The notes under the pieces are model-generated. The model saw nothing but the letters and a program-made list of their open reading frames with translations. It was not told where the DNA came from and ran no database searches. Below, in pieces: positions 10,127-22,150 of a stretch of DNA of 64,000 nucleotides. This DNA comes from Podarcis filfolensis (lineage: Eukaryota), in assembly GCA_964270895.1 (NCBI GenBank), contig OZ185444.1, one strand, 5' to 3'. A program made the translations under genes and the position numbers. The first letter of the stretch is position 1. Each line of letters opens with the position of its first letter.

Positions 10127-11094
10127 CTAAGAACAGAAGAAACAAGATTACAAAAGAACTAGCATTGGAACAGAGACAAAATATGCAGCTGGAATTTCGC
10201 AGGCCATAAGGTTTCATCAGTTTTGTTCCTCAGTCGCTACTGTTAAGAACCCAATTCAACCAGCCAATTGAGTCTGCCAAGCTAGCCATTCCCACAATGT
10301 CAGTATCATACCCCCAAAGTGTATTTGCTTGAATCAGAGGCAGAAATGCAGATAGCAACAGGAACAAGAATTGCAAAGAATGCAAAGAGCAAGCTACAGA
10401 TAGGTACATAAATTTAATAAAAAATAAGTAACAAAAAGATGTGCAAGGAAAAGTGTTATTTCTGAAACACGTCCAGGTAAAGTCCTATATTGTTGTCTCC
10501 TTTGGAATGAAATGAAAGAGTCATATATACCATGCCAGTAAAGGACAGCTGTTGGGCAAAATCAGAGAAGAACATAAAATGCCCACCTACTGAAGACTAT
10601 CCTGTTTCAAAGAGCACATTCATTCTGCAAGCTTGAGATCCATTCCACCAGTAGCTTTACAGGAGTAATAGTGAACATGCTATCTGTTGCCATGTTACGG
10701 AAGATGAAGAATTCAGAAGCAAGACATACAAACCAAACCACCGTTATTTATTTCGGCATGTCTTGCTTTCTTGACACTTTACAAGCTTTCTGGATGAAAC
10801 CCAAAACTTTAGCAACACCTAACAAACTTTTCAACACAAGGCAAGAAGCTAATTATCTTTGCATTACTGTGCTGTGGGGTGGGTTTTTTGGCAGGGGTGG
10901 GGTGAGAAGGTGGAACGAGATTCATTGCAGTATAGAGAAAGAGAAGCAGAAGACAAATGTAACCATGCTAGGAGGCAGTGGATTTTGAGAGCAGTTAATG
11001 ATGGTTGGGGGCTACCCAGTGGTAATCGAAGCCCAACTGCTGTGCTGTTGCCTGGTAGCGATGCCAGAGGACTCACAAATGTGGGGAAAAGGTG

Positions 11095-11390
11095 GACCAG
11101 GAGATGGCAGCTTGCTGAGGGTCCCCTCAAACCTGGAGTTAGCCATGAATAGGATTACTAGCCTTCTCGGTAGTGGCGCCCGCCCTGTGGGACAGCCTCC
11201 CATCAGATGCCAAGGAAATAAACAACTATCTGACTTTTAGAAGACATCCAAAGGTAGCCTGTTTAGGGAATTTTTTAATGTTTGATGTTTTATTCTGTTT
11301 TTAATATTCTGTTGGGAGCTGCCCAGAGTGGCTGGGGAAACCCAGCCAGATGGGCGGGGTATAAATAACAAATTATTATTATTATTAATA

Positions 11391-11432
<42 letters not shown>
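11095..11432 (+). mobile_element. L2-type LINE 3' end with (ATT)n tail
   Basis: Encodes AFSVVAPALWDSLPSDAKEINNYLTFRRH, the typical L2 ORF2 C-terminus, then the conserved tail and (ATT)n. Confidence 0.8.
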
Positions 11433-11435
<3 letters not shown>

Positions 11436-12753
11436 ATCACCAATGACACTTTGCATATTAAAAGGGCTTCACAATGTTTACCCTGCTAACAAAAATTACA
11501 CCAATGAGCCTTGCATCTTCTGAAAACAAATAAATAAAGGCAAACAACTGCCCATGGATTAGACCACACCATCAGATGCAAATCTTTTATTCTCACAAAA
11601 AATTCAGATGGGGAGCTCCTGAGTAGCCCACAGCTAAGCTAGGATGCAAATCCATTTCCCCCCAATGTCCAAGTAAAATATGGAACCTACTAGAACAGAC
11701 CCAATGAGCCATGATGGTGTTGTATGAAAAACAAAATTGTGTGTGTATGTGTGTGTGTGATGCAGTAATGCTGAGCTCATGATGGGACAAAGGCCTAGGA
11801 TTGGAATAGACACAGGGGCTGCAAGGCAGGCGCGAGGAGATACAGCTGACAGGACAACGCAGCCTGAAGCCATACCACGTTGCAATAATGAAAAGAACAA
11901 GAAGGCTTCCTTTATTTTCTGTGTGGGGAGATATCTGCAGCCACGTAAGCACTGAGCTGCATTCCAGAGAGGCACCACTCCTATTGCATGTTGTTCTTGC
12001 CCTTCCTGAGGTCGCCAGCAAGCCCACTGAGAGTTATTTATAGTGTTCAGCATGGATGGGTTTGGCATTCCTCAGATTTCTGGATGCCTCAAAGCTGGGT
12101 TGTTCAGGGTATATGTATGAGAGAAGAAGAAGAAAAGATTGGATTGGAAACTTCACACTTCTTTGCTCCTCTCTGCTATTACTGTACTATCCGTATACCT
12201 GAGAGAACCTCAGTTGGAACTGAATAATGTCAGAGCACTGAATGGGCCAGCTGAGATTTTTCCTGTCTCCGTAGTCACCAGCCTGGAGAGTATTAGACTC
12301 CCAGCGAGGGGAAAGAAGGCAGAGACAGAGAAAAAAAAAGAGAGAGAGAAACGGAGAAGGGAAAGGAGGACAGTAAAGAAGGAACCCATCGAGCAGTAAG
12401 CTGTCCTTGTGAGAAAAGGAAAAGAACAAAAAAAGGAAATGCCAGGGAAAGAATGCAAGACAGAGTTGAATACTATGTGAAAAAATTACGGGAAAGGGCT
12501 AATGGCATATCTGGCAGCTGGTGGTACAAAAGGCGGCTTCAAGCAGAATGTTGCTCTGGCAGCGTTCTCTTCTGAAGGTGTCAAGGGACTTGGGCTTTTA
12601 AGACTAATGACTTACATTGCCAACCCCTACTCAAGAGATTTTTTCCTGAACACTTTTTCCACTCATACACATTAGCGCAGTAGACTGACGCAAGTGAGTC
12701 AGTGAGCATGTGGATAAGGCCACTTGTCTTGTAAGCAGCACTGGCTTCCTTAC

Positions 12754-12838
12754 CCTTCTTCTGTCTCATTAATGATATCACAGATCTCCATGTTGAGGGC
12801 CCAGTTTTCGTTCTGTAGGGAGCCATCAGTAGCTTTCT
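12754..12838 (-). CDS. TOM1: TOM1 coding exon 2 (85 nt; [27 protein letters not shown])
   Basis: cctccag acceptor and gtaag donor; matches TOM1. Confidence 0.97.
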
Positions 12839-12882
12839 CTGGAGGAAGAAAACAGACAACATCCCTAGATCTGCCTTTGAAG

Positions 12883-13540
12883 TATAGAATCATAGTTGGA
12901 AGGGACCATGAGGGTCATCTAGTCCAACCCCCTGCAATGGAGGAAACCTTTGCCCAATGTGAGGCTCGAACCCACAACACTGAGATTAAGAGTCTCTCTT
13001 TTTAAATTTTTATCACTTTCATTTTTACAATTTAAACAATAACAATAATACAAATGTAAAACACACATTTCTTTTTATTCCCTTCCCCCTTCCATAGTTC
13101 ATTTTATTATTTTCTTCTACATATTCTATTTCCCCCCAATATCTTCTTTTTCACCGTTTCACAGTAATTCTTACTGCTGAATGTACTCTATCACTGCTAA
13201 CCTTTTAATATGTTTACAATAATTGTCAAAACAATCTATAAAACATTCATCTTTAAATACTTTTTCATCCTGATCTCTTATTCTGTTCGTTAATCTTGCC
13301 ATTTCTCTATATTAATTCCGTCTGCCTTTCTTCCTTTGTTGGTATCGTATCACCTTTCCACTTCTGAGCACATGTCATTTGTGCTGCTGTTGCATACATA
13401 ACAAGAGACTTCTGGTCTTTAAATACACTTACATCTATTATACCAAAAAGAAAAAGGGTTTTTAACAAATTATCTTTTAAAACATTTTTTTCTCAGCTCA
13501 TTGTAATGAGATTAAAAGTCTCAGGCTTTATGAATGGCAG
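12883..13540 (-). mobile_element. tRNA-Lys-derived, CR1-tailed SINE interrupted by a 5'-truncated L1 (12997-13506)
   Basis: SINE tail at 12883-12996. The L1 encodes MYATAAQMTCAQKWKGDTIPTKEE. 16-bp TSD tgagattaagagtctc (12981-12996) / tgagattaaaagtctc (13507-13522). Confidence 0.75.
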
Positions 13541-14208
13541 CTGCAGCACAACTGAAAATGAAAGAAAGGAAGAGGCAAGATTCCAAATATACACCCCCTG
13601 CACAATAATCTTTTCCCACAACAGACCTAGAAATAGCCTCCATATGGTCAGAAGCACTGGCAGTCTGTGAGGTCACCAGGACATCAGTAGCCTGTGCTGG
13701 CCACCGCGAGCCACTCAGCTGCCATGTACCTGAAGGGTGGCAAACCCAGCAGCTGCTAAACCTTTGCATCACAACACCTTCTGGTACAGGCAACAGGTCC
13801 CCATCCTTCATGTCGCCAGATGCTGGTACAGTAGCCTATAAACAACTGCCTCCTGAGCCACTGCTGTTCCCAGGTCTCCACCTAGCGACAGCTTCTGACT
13901 GTAACCAGCCAACACCTGAGCCCTATTCCAGCTTTCTCTTCATGCCGCTGGCTTCAGGCCACTCGCCCTCTGGCAGTGCAAGGATTCTCCTTGCAGTACA
14001 GCATCAAAGACATGGGAGGGAAGACAGTGACTTCCTTGTTCTTCTCTTGTGTTGCAAGGAGAATTGCAATGGGGCGCTGAAGTGAAGCAACAGACAGCTA
14101 ACATGGCCAGCAGCTAGGAGCAGAATCTCCATGCTGCAAGGCCAGAGAGTAGGGCAAACAACACGGGGGAAACACAGCAGTCTGTTTGTAAACTTCCAGA
14201 AATATCTA

Positions 14209-14360
14209 CAGTGACTTTTGTCTTCTGGGCTTCTGGGGGTTTTCCTGTTGTTATTATGTCTCTCACAGCTACAATAAACCTACCATTAAAATTATGGACT
14301 GGTCATTACTTCGTCAGAGGGCAAACTTAGCAGGGGATCAAATACTTTCCCCCCTCACTG
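14209..14360. mobile_element. Tc1-type transposon deletion derivative
   Basis: Right end ...gcaggggatcaaatactttcccccctcactg|TA is a typical Tc1 TIR; left end reduced to TA|cagtg. Confidence 0.65.
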
Positions 14361-15266
14361 TAGGTTCTTTCACATTCTGAAGGAATCCCAAAGAGGCCCC
14401 ATAAATCAAGCCAAATCAGGAGTAAATACGTGTGAATGTATAAGGAGGAGGGGAAATCAAGCTTCTTATTTCCATATGGATCTTGTCCAATGGGAGCCTT
14501 CAAATTCTGGGATACTCATTACAAGGCAAATTGTTACATAGTATTTTCATTATATTTTTAGTGGGGGTGGGATGGGGAAGACACACACCAAAATGTCATG
14601 GTTTAACTCTGGTCGTACAAAAATGGAGAAGCTGTTTAACTTCTTAGCATCCAAATGAGTGGGATGGGTAACAGAATGCAATGAGGGCAAACCCAGTCTT
14701 CGTCTGATGGTGTCTCTTTCAGTCGGTGTTACTCACAGCAGAATGTTGAACAGCAAGTTGTTATTACCAGCGTCTCCACCCTGTAATCAGCTCAGCCTTA
14801 ACCCCTTGTGGCAAGTGGGCCCAGTAAGTCTAGGCAGAAGCCTGGACTGTGTACAAAGAGAAAATGGATACCAGCCTAGCAGCAGTGGCACATGAAAGTC
14901 TGCAAAATAATAGGCTGAAGGAAAGAGGGAAACAGAGAACAACTCTATCTAGTGTTCAGAGTAGCATGTACCAGTGGCCAGTGGAGTAGTGGGACAGCTA
15001 AGCATTGCACTTAGAAGTACAGGTTAGGATGGCCATCAATTGTACATGGAAGTGCTCCTCTGCCTTTGACAGGAAGCAAAACTTCCAACACTTCAAATAT
15101 CAGAAAAATCTTTCCTAGGAGAATTTCTGAAGCTCTGATGAAAGGGATGCAGAGGCAGACCTATCACTGCTGTCTAAGGAGTAGTCAAGGATGCCAATGA
15201 GATAAGGAGGGCTGGAAGTAATCTGTACGGAAAAGGCTTGGCAGCAAGAGTCCTTGAAGGATGGTA

Positions 15267-15512
15267 CAGTCATACCTTGGTTTTCAAACAGCTTAGTTCT
15301 TGAACGTTTTGGCTCCCGAACAGTGCAAACCTGGACCGAGTGACTGTTCCGGTTTGTGAACTATTTTTGGAAACTGGATGTCCGACGGGGCTTCCATGGC
15401 TTCTGATTGGCTGCAAGAGATTCCTGCAGCCAATCAGAAGTCGTGCTTTAGTTTACAAATGTTTTCGAAGTCGAACACACTTCCAGAATGGATTCCTTCC
15501 AAGGTACGACTT
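15267..15512. mobile_element. Tc1/mariner (Tigger-like) MITE
   Basis: TA|CAGTCATACCTTGG ... CCAAGGTACGACTT|TA; internal palindrome cttctgattggctgca...tgcagccaatcagaag. Confidence 0.75.
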
Positions 15513-16901
15513 TAAATGATAGGTAAAATATATAGCTGCTAAAGTCATCAGATCTTGACAATACACTGAAATTCTCTGGATCAGAAGCTAGCAATTTTAG
15601 TACCTTTTTAAAACAAAACAAAACCCAAAACACACATGACATAATTTTAATTCTATTCTCAAAGTATACCATACTCAAATTTCATTAGGTTATTAAAGTG
15701 GGGGATACCACTTTTGAATACCTCTCTGTGTAAAAAGACTCACTGATTGAGCTGCTGAAAAGGGGGATACTTTAATATTCCTCTTCATTACATTTCCCTC
15801 TGCCACGGTTCACTTTGCTAACCTCTACCCCAATGTGAAGAGATCTATTCAAGGTCCCAAAATATTTACTTTCCAGAAAGGAATGCAAACAAACTGCACA
15901 TACTCCTCTAGCTGCTCAGGAAAGAGGCTTACTAATAAGAAGAAAAGTCCAAAGGAGCAGAATTCAGCCAAACAACTAGATGACTATTAATCCACCAATT
16001 TAGAATCCAGTTTTATTATGGCCAACAGCAACAGCTTTGGAAGTTGAAACAATTCCTTGTATTTTGACGCATGTAAAGTACACACAGAAATCAGTGCAGA
16101 GACCAACACCAGCCAGTACATGGTGAGACAGGAGTGAGATTAGCAAATAAATCCAAGGACAATGGGAGCAACAATATATAAGGAAGGCTGCGCATAAGCT
16201 GCATATCCTAAGTAAAAAATAAACACAGAAAATCCAAACTGCTTTCAGAACTAAGGCTGCACATTTTCGCCATGCACACCGATTGTCGGACAGATAGATA
16301 TAGAGAGATACAGATATATTGCAATATTTCATCTATTTTAATGAAAGTAAATGTCCACATGTTAAACTCTACACAACTTTCCATGATGTGTTTGCTGGTC
16401 AGCACAGAACACACACAGGCAAAGTTTTACAGCGGGTGGATAGCATTCAGTTCAGTGGGGTTTACTGCTAGGTTTATTGCAACCCAAGAGCTTAACCATA
16501 TTCTCACTAGGGACCATAAACTCATATTTTAGATTCAGCCGCATACCTGCAACACTGATATAATACTAGCATAGCTTATGGGATTGTTGGAAGCGTTGCT
16601 GTGGTAACAACTGGGAAGCATACTGAATCCAATTTTTCAAAGTGTCCTGTAATATTTATAATTATTATTATGATTATTAAGTTCTGAAAGGAAGTAAATG
16701 TGATAGAACGGACATCTGTCTGTGAAGATATAGGCCTACACCTACGTACATAGACCAGAAGTATATGGATGCCAGGATAGAATCTTTGCCACTGAAGGTG
16801 TTAGGACATGCAAACTGGGGACAGAGCTCAGCTGCCAGCTTGGGTACAGGAAGGCCTCCATGAGATCTTTGGGAGAAAGGGGCTGTTCTTCTCCTACCTA
16901 G

Positions 16902-17263
16902 GTAAAGGTAAAGGGACCCCTGACCATTAAGTCCAGTTGCGGACGACTCTGGGGTTGCGGCGCTCATCTCACTTTACTGGCCGACGGAGCCGGCGTTTGT
17001 CCACAGACAGCTTCCGGGTCATGTGGCCAGCATGACTAAGCCGCTTCTGGCAAACCAGAGCAGTGCACGGAAACACCGTTTACCTTCCCACCGGAGCAGT
17101 ACCTATTTATCTACTTGCACTTGACGTGCTTTCAAACTGCTAGGTTGGCAGGAGCAGGGACTGAACAACGGGAACTTGCCCTGTTGCAGGGATTTGAACC
17201 ACCAACCTTCTGATCAGCAAGCCCTAGGCTCTGTGGTTTAGACCACAGTGCCACCTGTGTCCC
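16902..17263 (-). mobile_element. Full-length Sauria SINE
   Basis: Head GGGACACAGGTGGCACTGTGGTCTAAACC and tail GGGTCCCTTTACCTTTACC; perfect 15-bp TSD tcttctcctacctag (16887-16901, 17264-17278). Confidence 0.9.
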
Positions 17264-18979
17264 TCTTCTCCTACCTAGCATAAGACAAAGGTGGGCATCT
17301 TGTAGATGTAGACCTACCACCCCACAAACCCCTTTAAATTAATTTAAAATAGCATAAAATAGTTGACTGACGTAAATTAACCCAACAAAATTTGAAGTAT
17401 ATTATTACGTTAAATTACTTTTCAGTAATCGATTATAAAGGAAAACAAATTAAAATCGTTATCAAACACACTTCTCTTCCAGACCCAAACAGAACATGCT
17501 GTTATTACTACTAATTCAGCTTATCATCTCTTTTATGGAAACTGTCAGCGCCATTTCCAGCAATTAACAATCCCTCTGACGGACCACAGGCATCCAAGTG
17601 GAAGTGGTTGTGGGTGAGTGAGTGTGGGTGGTCCAATTCTGACACCTGACAATCTAGCTCAGAGGTTTTTTTAACTGCTTGATAGGGAGTCTCCTGAAAT
17701 ACCTATATGCAAAACCCTTCAACGTTCAACTCAAAGTGTATCATCTCATTGCTCCCATCCTTCATCTGAGTGAATGTGGGATTGTCAGATGAAAAAAGAA
17801 AGGAGGGAGTATTAACACATGGGACCTCTGGAATGACCTTAAAAACAGAGAATGAGCTACACACCCACTCAGACACTATCTACAAAAGAAGTGGGCCACT
17901 GGGATGCTGACAGTGCTACAAACCTCTTCTGTCACTCTAACTGAGCATTTTAAAGAGCACCTTTTTAGACAGGCGCTTCATACAGCTGGAATTTTAATCA
18001 GTTCCAGCTTCTTATTTGTAATAAATCCATGGGATGGATTTTGAGTTAGTGATGTTTTTTTTTAAAAAAGGGGGGGAGAGGAAATCCTGGATTTTACCGC
18101 TTTGATGAAGATTTACATAAACACAAAGGCTATTCATTGGTCACATGAAGGATCTGGATGCTGGGCTCTGCTTCAAGAGCTGTAATTAGAACCATCCACA
18201 CCTTCTGAAAACTAACCCAGGGCAACATGGCTTCTGCAGAGAAGGGTGTATCAGACAGCAGACACAGGAGCACAAATCTCAATGACAACAAACATGCCAA
18301 ATTGTAGGTTAGCAAATGGAGCACTCCAAGCTTCAGCTTGTGCAAGCGTCTCTGGCTTACTTCAAAGTCAGTTCAGGAGAGTGTCAGTTTGCCTCCAGGG
18401 TGTGGCGACTGGCAATTTTGTCACCCAACATTTAAGTGTTATGTTTTACCGGCTGGTCAGGTTATTTCAGATTTCAGGGGGCTCTGGTATGCTCTATAAC
18501 TGAAGCATTTACTAGCTGTTCTCAAAATAAGGACCAGGAAGGATGTATCAGTGAAAATTCTCAGTGCAACTATCAGATTAAGAATTTATTCTAAAGACAG
18601 GGTAGAACATCAAGGGCAACAATATATTGTTAACACACAGCACTGGCTGCAAATTTTGCAGTTGTAAAACATGGATTTTAAAATCGGACTTTAACCCTAG
18701 CTATTCTCTGTGATATGGTTCAGTGCTGACTACATTGTTGTAAACAATACATGTGCCTCCCTTGAAAGAGGGTAAAGCTTTTAAGCTGGTTTTCAAACTA
18801 TAGAATAGGGATTTTAGAAATATTACCTAGAAAGAAATATTGCAGTATTTCATTCAGTTTCAAATCACTTTTACTCAAATGATTCATCAGGCACTACTTC
18901 ACAATGATCCTAATTGGATAGATTTAGTCTTCAATTCAGTATCTTATACATTGCTACTAGGAGATATTTTCTGAAGACA

Positions 18980-19632
18980 AAACAAAATTTTTTTTTCCTT
19001 CCAGTAGCACCTTAAAGACCAACTAAGTTAGTTCTTGGTATGAGCTTTCGTGTGCATGCACACTTCTTCAGATACACTGAAACAGAAGTTGCCAGATCCT
19101 TCTATATAGTGAGAAGGTGGGGAGGGGTATTACTCAGAAGGGTGGTGGGAATGGGTGATTGGCAGATAGCTGTGATGAGCCTGTTGACGACTCTTAACGA
19201 CTGCAATAGGTCTTACAGGAAAAAGCAAGGGGTGAGAAGGTGAAAAATGGCTTTGTCATGTATAATGAGATAAGAATCCAATGTCTTTGTTCAGACCAGG
19301 TCTCTCCATGGTTTTAAGTTTGGTAATGAGTTGCAATTCAGCAGCTTCTCTTTCCAGTCTATTTCTGAAATTCCTTTGTAGTAATACAGCTACTTTGAGA
19401 TCTTGTATAGAATGTCCTGGGAGATTGAAGTGTTCTCCTACTGGTTTCTCTGTCTTGTGATTCTTGATGTCCAATTTATGTCCGTTTATTCTTTGGCGTA
19501 AGGTTTGGCCTGTTTGTCCAATATAGAGAGCTGAAGGACACTGTTGGCATTTGGACAAACAGGCCAAACCTTACACCAAAGAAAATTTTTGTTTTGTTTT
19601 GACTATGGCAGACCAACACGGCTACCTATCTG
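18980..19632 (-). mobile_element. 5'-truncated Penelope-like element (GIY-YIG endonuclease C-terminus plus pseudo-LTR) with inverted terminal piece
   Basis: ORF 19256-19567 CPSALYIGQTGQTLRQRINGHK...HFNLPGHS...LNKD is a PLE GIY-YIG domain; 12-bp flanking duplication tttctgaagaca (18968-18979, 19633-19644). Confidence 0.9.
19038..19075 (-). ncRNA. Minimal type I hammerhead ribozyme motif in the Penelope pseudo-LTR
   Basis: Minus strand reads GUAU-CUGAAGA-AGUGUGCAUGCACAC-GAAA-GCUC-AUAC: intact CUGANGA/GAAA core, helix I GUAU/AUAC, helix II GUGUGC/GCACAC, palindromic AGCU helix III. Confidence 0.75.
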
Positions 19633-20592
19633 TTTCTGAAGACAGACATTCTCAGTTCAGTACAGCCAAATCAGTGTGTGCCATGGGAAAGAAATAAGTA
19701 ACTACGAAGAGAACTGTCATTTTATGCTAGCTCTTCCTCATGTTTCAACTTCTGAATCATCCTTTATTAATCAGTCACAAACCCATGACCAATAACCATT
19801 TAAAGGGATTAAATCTACACTGGACAGAAAATGCCCGATTTTAACCACGTAATATCTATATCATCATCTTAACTTTTATTTTAAAAATAAAAAATACAGT
19901 AATCTCCACCTACTGGATCCTGACTCACCAGTGGGTCTGATAATCTCCAGAATTTTCCCATGCACTATGGAAGCTTTAAGTGAACATAGCATTGTCAGAA
20001 GATGGATATGAATGACAGAACAGAGCATTTAATTTCTGCCAGCCTTTAGTGCATCCTTAACTAATGAAACCTGGAGAAAATATACAGGATTAGGCATCCC
20101 ACTCCACTCCCCCCACTTTCTGGTGTGGGGTGCAGTGGCAGTCAAAATTGTGGCACCCCAAAGCTCTGTGCACAGTGCAACCAAACTGATCACACTCCCC
20201 TAAATCTGCCTCTGTAGTGTTCCTGTTTGTGTAGTTTACAAGGAATCCCAAGGGATTTATCTGCCCTCAGCTTTATAATCACTTGTAGCACACATCCTAC
20301 AGATACCATTGGATTGCCTCAGAAATAAAATTTTCCCTGCCTTCCAACTCAGAGCCAGTATCAGTGATAGTCATCTGCTAAACATCCTAGCAGGCCCGCC
20401 ACCGGGATCCACCACTGGCTCTCTTTTTGTGGCTAGACAATCCAAAGTGTCAGGCAGCTGGGTCTCACTGCCGTTTAAATTTCCCACAATACCCAGTGCA
20501 ACACTGCCAGCTACCCAGTGCTGCTCCTGCCATCCCAGCACATGAACCCATAGATGAAGGGCCACAACCTGTGCCTACCCCATCCATGTACA

Positions 20593-20956
20593 CAGTGCAG
20601 GATTTACATATAAGCTAAACAAGCTATAGCTTAAGGCCTCACTCTCTTGACCCCCCTCAAAAAAAAAATTAAAGGAAAAAAACCTGGATGTACATTTCCA
20701 AAATATAAGATAAAAAACAAATAAAATAAAACCTACGTACAGCAACAGTGTTTTGTGCTGTGTATTACTTTGATAAAATACATATTTTGTTATGTGCAAA
20801 TGGCTTTAGATACCTATTAGGTCCATAAATTACCATACAGCATATATTCAACAAAAAAGCAGCGACAATTGGTTGTTGACGAAGGACAACTGGACATATA
20901 AAGGGCCCCATCACCTTCAGTAGCTTAGGACCTGATCAAACCTAAATCCGGCCCTG
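20593..20956. mobile_element. hAT-type non-autonomous element
   Basis: Ends CAGTGCAGGATTTA / TAAATCCGGCCCTG; perfect 8-bp TSD catgtaca (20585-20592, 20957-20964). Confidence 0.8.
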
Positions 20957-21199
20957 CATGTACACATTTAGTGGTTCCCTGGAAAGAATATCAAGCCTGT
21001 TTCTCTGGAAAGGCGCTTCTCTCTATGTCTCTCCTCGGAACAACCATATGTGACTACCAACTTTTAGGACTGTCTTTTGAGATCTCTAGGTCAAAGACCA
21101 GCTTGCGTGGAGTGCTGCACGGAGGTGCAAACAGAAGGCCAGAAAGCAGCACCTGTTTAAAGTGGCCTGCCAACAAATGCCGTTGCGACACCCGCAGCT

Positions 21200-22150
21200 T
21201 CCTCCACGCCTCTACACAGAGCCATTAGGTTGGCAGCCGAGGAGGGCAGCGGGACTTTCCCCTCAGCCAGGTACTTTACAACCGCTCCATATTGTCCTCA
21301 GGCAGCCCCTGCCCCCCACTCCCCTCGCTTTGGGAAGGTGGTCGGGGTGAGCAGCGAAGAGGCTTTGGCTCTAGGGGGCGTGGCGCCCACTCGGAGCGGG
21401 GCGCGGCCCCTTTAAATGAGAAAACTTTTTATCTAGTGCGCGAGACTCCTCCCGTCTCCCCCCCCACCACAAGCCCCGATTGGCTTAGGAGGGCAGCCCC
21501 GAGAGCCCACCTCCTAGCTCGCTCCCCATTGGCTAGCACTCGTTGCCGATCAACATAATCCCGTCTTCCCATTGGTCCAGGTACCCTGAACCCCGCCTAT
21601 TCACCGTAAAGGTAACCCCCCCCCCGCCTGAGGTAAGAACCTCGACGGGAGGGGGGGAGGGAAGGGAAATACGCGCAAACGCCACAGAAGCGAATTTGCG
21701 GAGTTGGTAAAAGGAGGGCCGCGGCCAGGTTCGGCGTTCTTACCGATGCGCTGCCCCACGGGAGAGCTGAAAGGGTTGCCCAGGAGAAACTCCATCACCG
21801 CTGCCGCACAGCTCAGCAGAGATCAGCTGACATGGCCCGCGAGAGCGCGTCACGTGACCTCCTCGGGACCGAGAGAGGCGTGTCCGCGGGCCTCCCTCCC
21901 ACCCCCGCCCTCGTGACGTCAGCGCCCCGGCGCGTTCCAAGCTGAACTTCAAAGGCGATGTTGTTGGGGAGCTTTACGGAAGGGATGACTCAGCGCGCCA
22001 AGGGGAAGAGCCCGATCCCAAACATGCTCGCCGGGAGAGCAAGCCCTAATGAGTGTGGGACTTGCTTCTTTGCGAGCATGCTTGGGAGTAGAGGTTTTCA
22101 GCGGAGAGGTCGATTGGTTTATGACGGTGGCGGGTGACGTCACAGAGGAT
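21200..22150. promoter_or_regulatory. TOM1: TOM1 CpG-island promoter with CLEAR/E-box GTCACGTGAC (21849-21858), GC box (21903-21910), CREs TGACGTCA (21914-21921, 22135-22142) and AP-1/ARE-like ATGACTCAGC (21985-21994)
   Basis: High GC and CpG density around exon 1; motifs read directly from the sequence. Confidence 0.8.
21744..21795 (-). CDS. TOM1: TOM1 coding exon 1 (52 nt; MEFLLGNPFSSPVGQRI)
   Basis: ATG at 21795 in a CpG-rich region; gtaag donor; matches TOM1 N-terminus MDFLLGNPFSSPVGQRI. Confidence 0.97.

Noticed and set aside
11593-12068. Two overlapping 144-aa minus-strand ORFs in TOM1 intron 2
   Set aside because: They include a (CA)n tract, with no codon bias and no homology I can recognise.
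21647-21666. Canonical G-quadruplex motif
   Set aside because: Common in CpG-island promoters; no further evidence of function.
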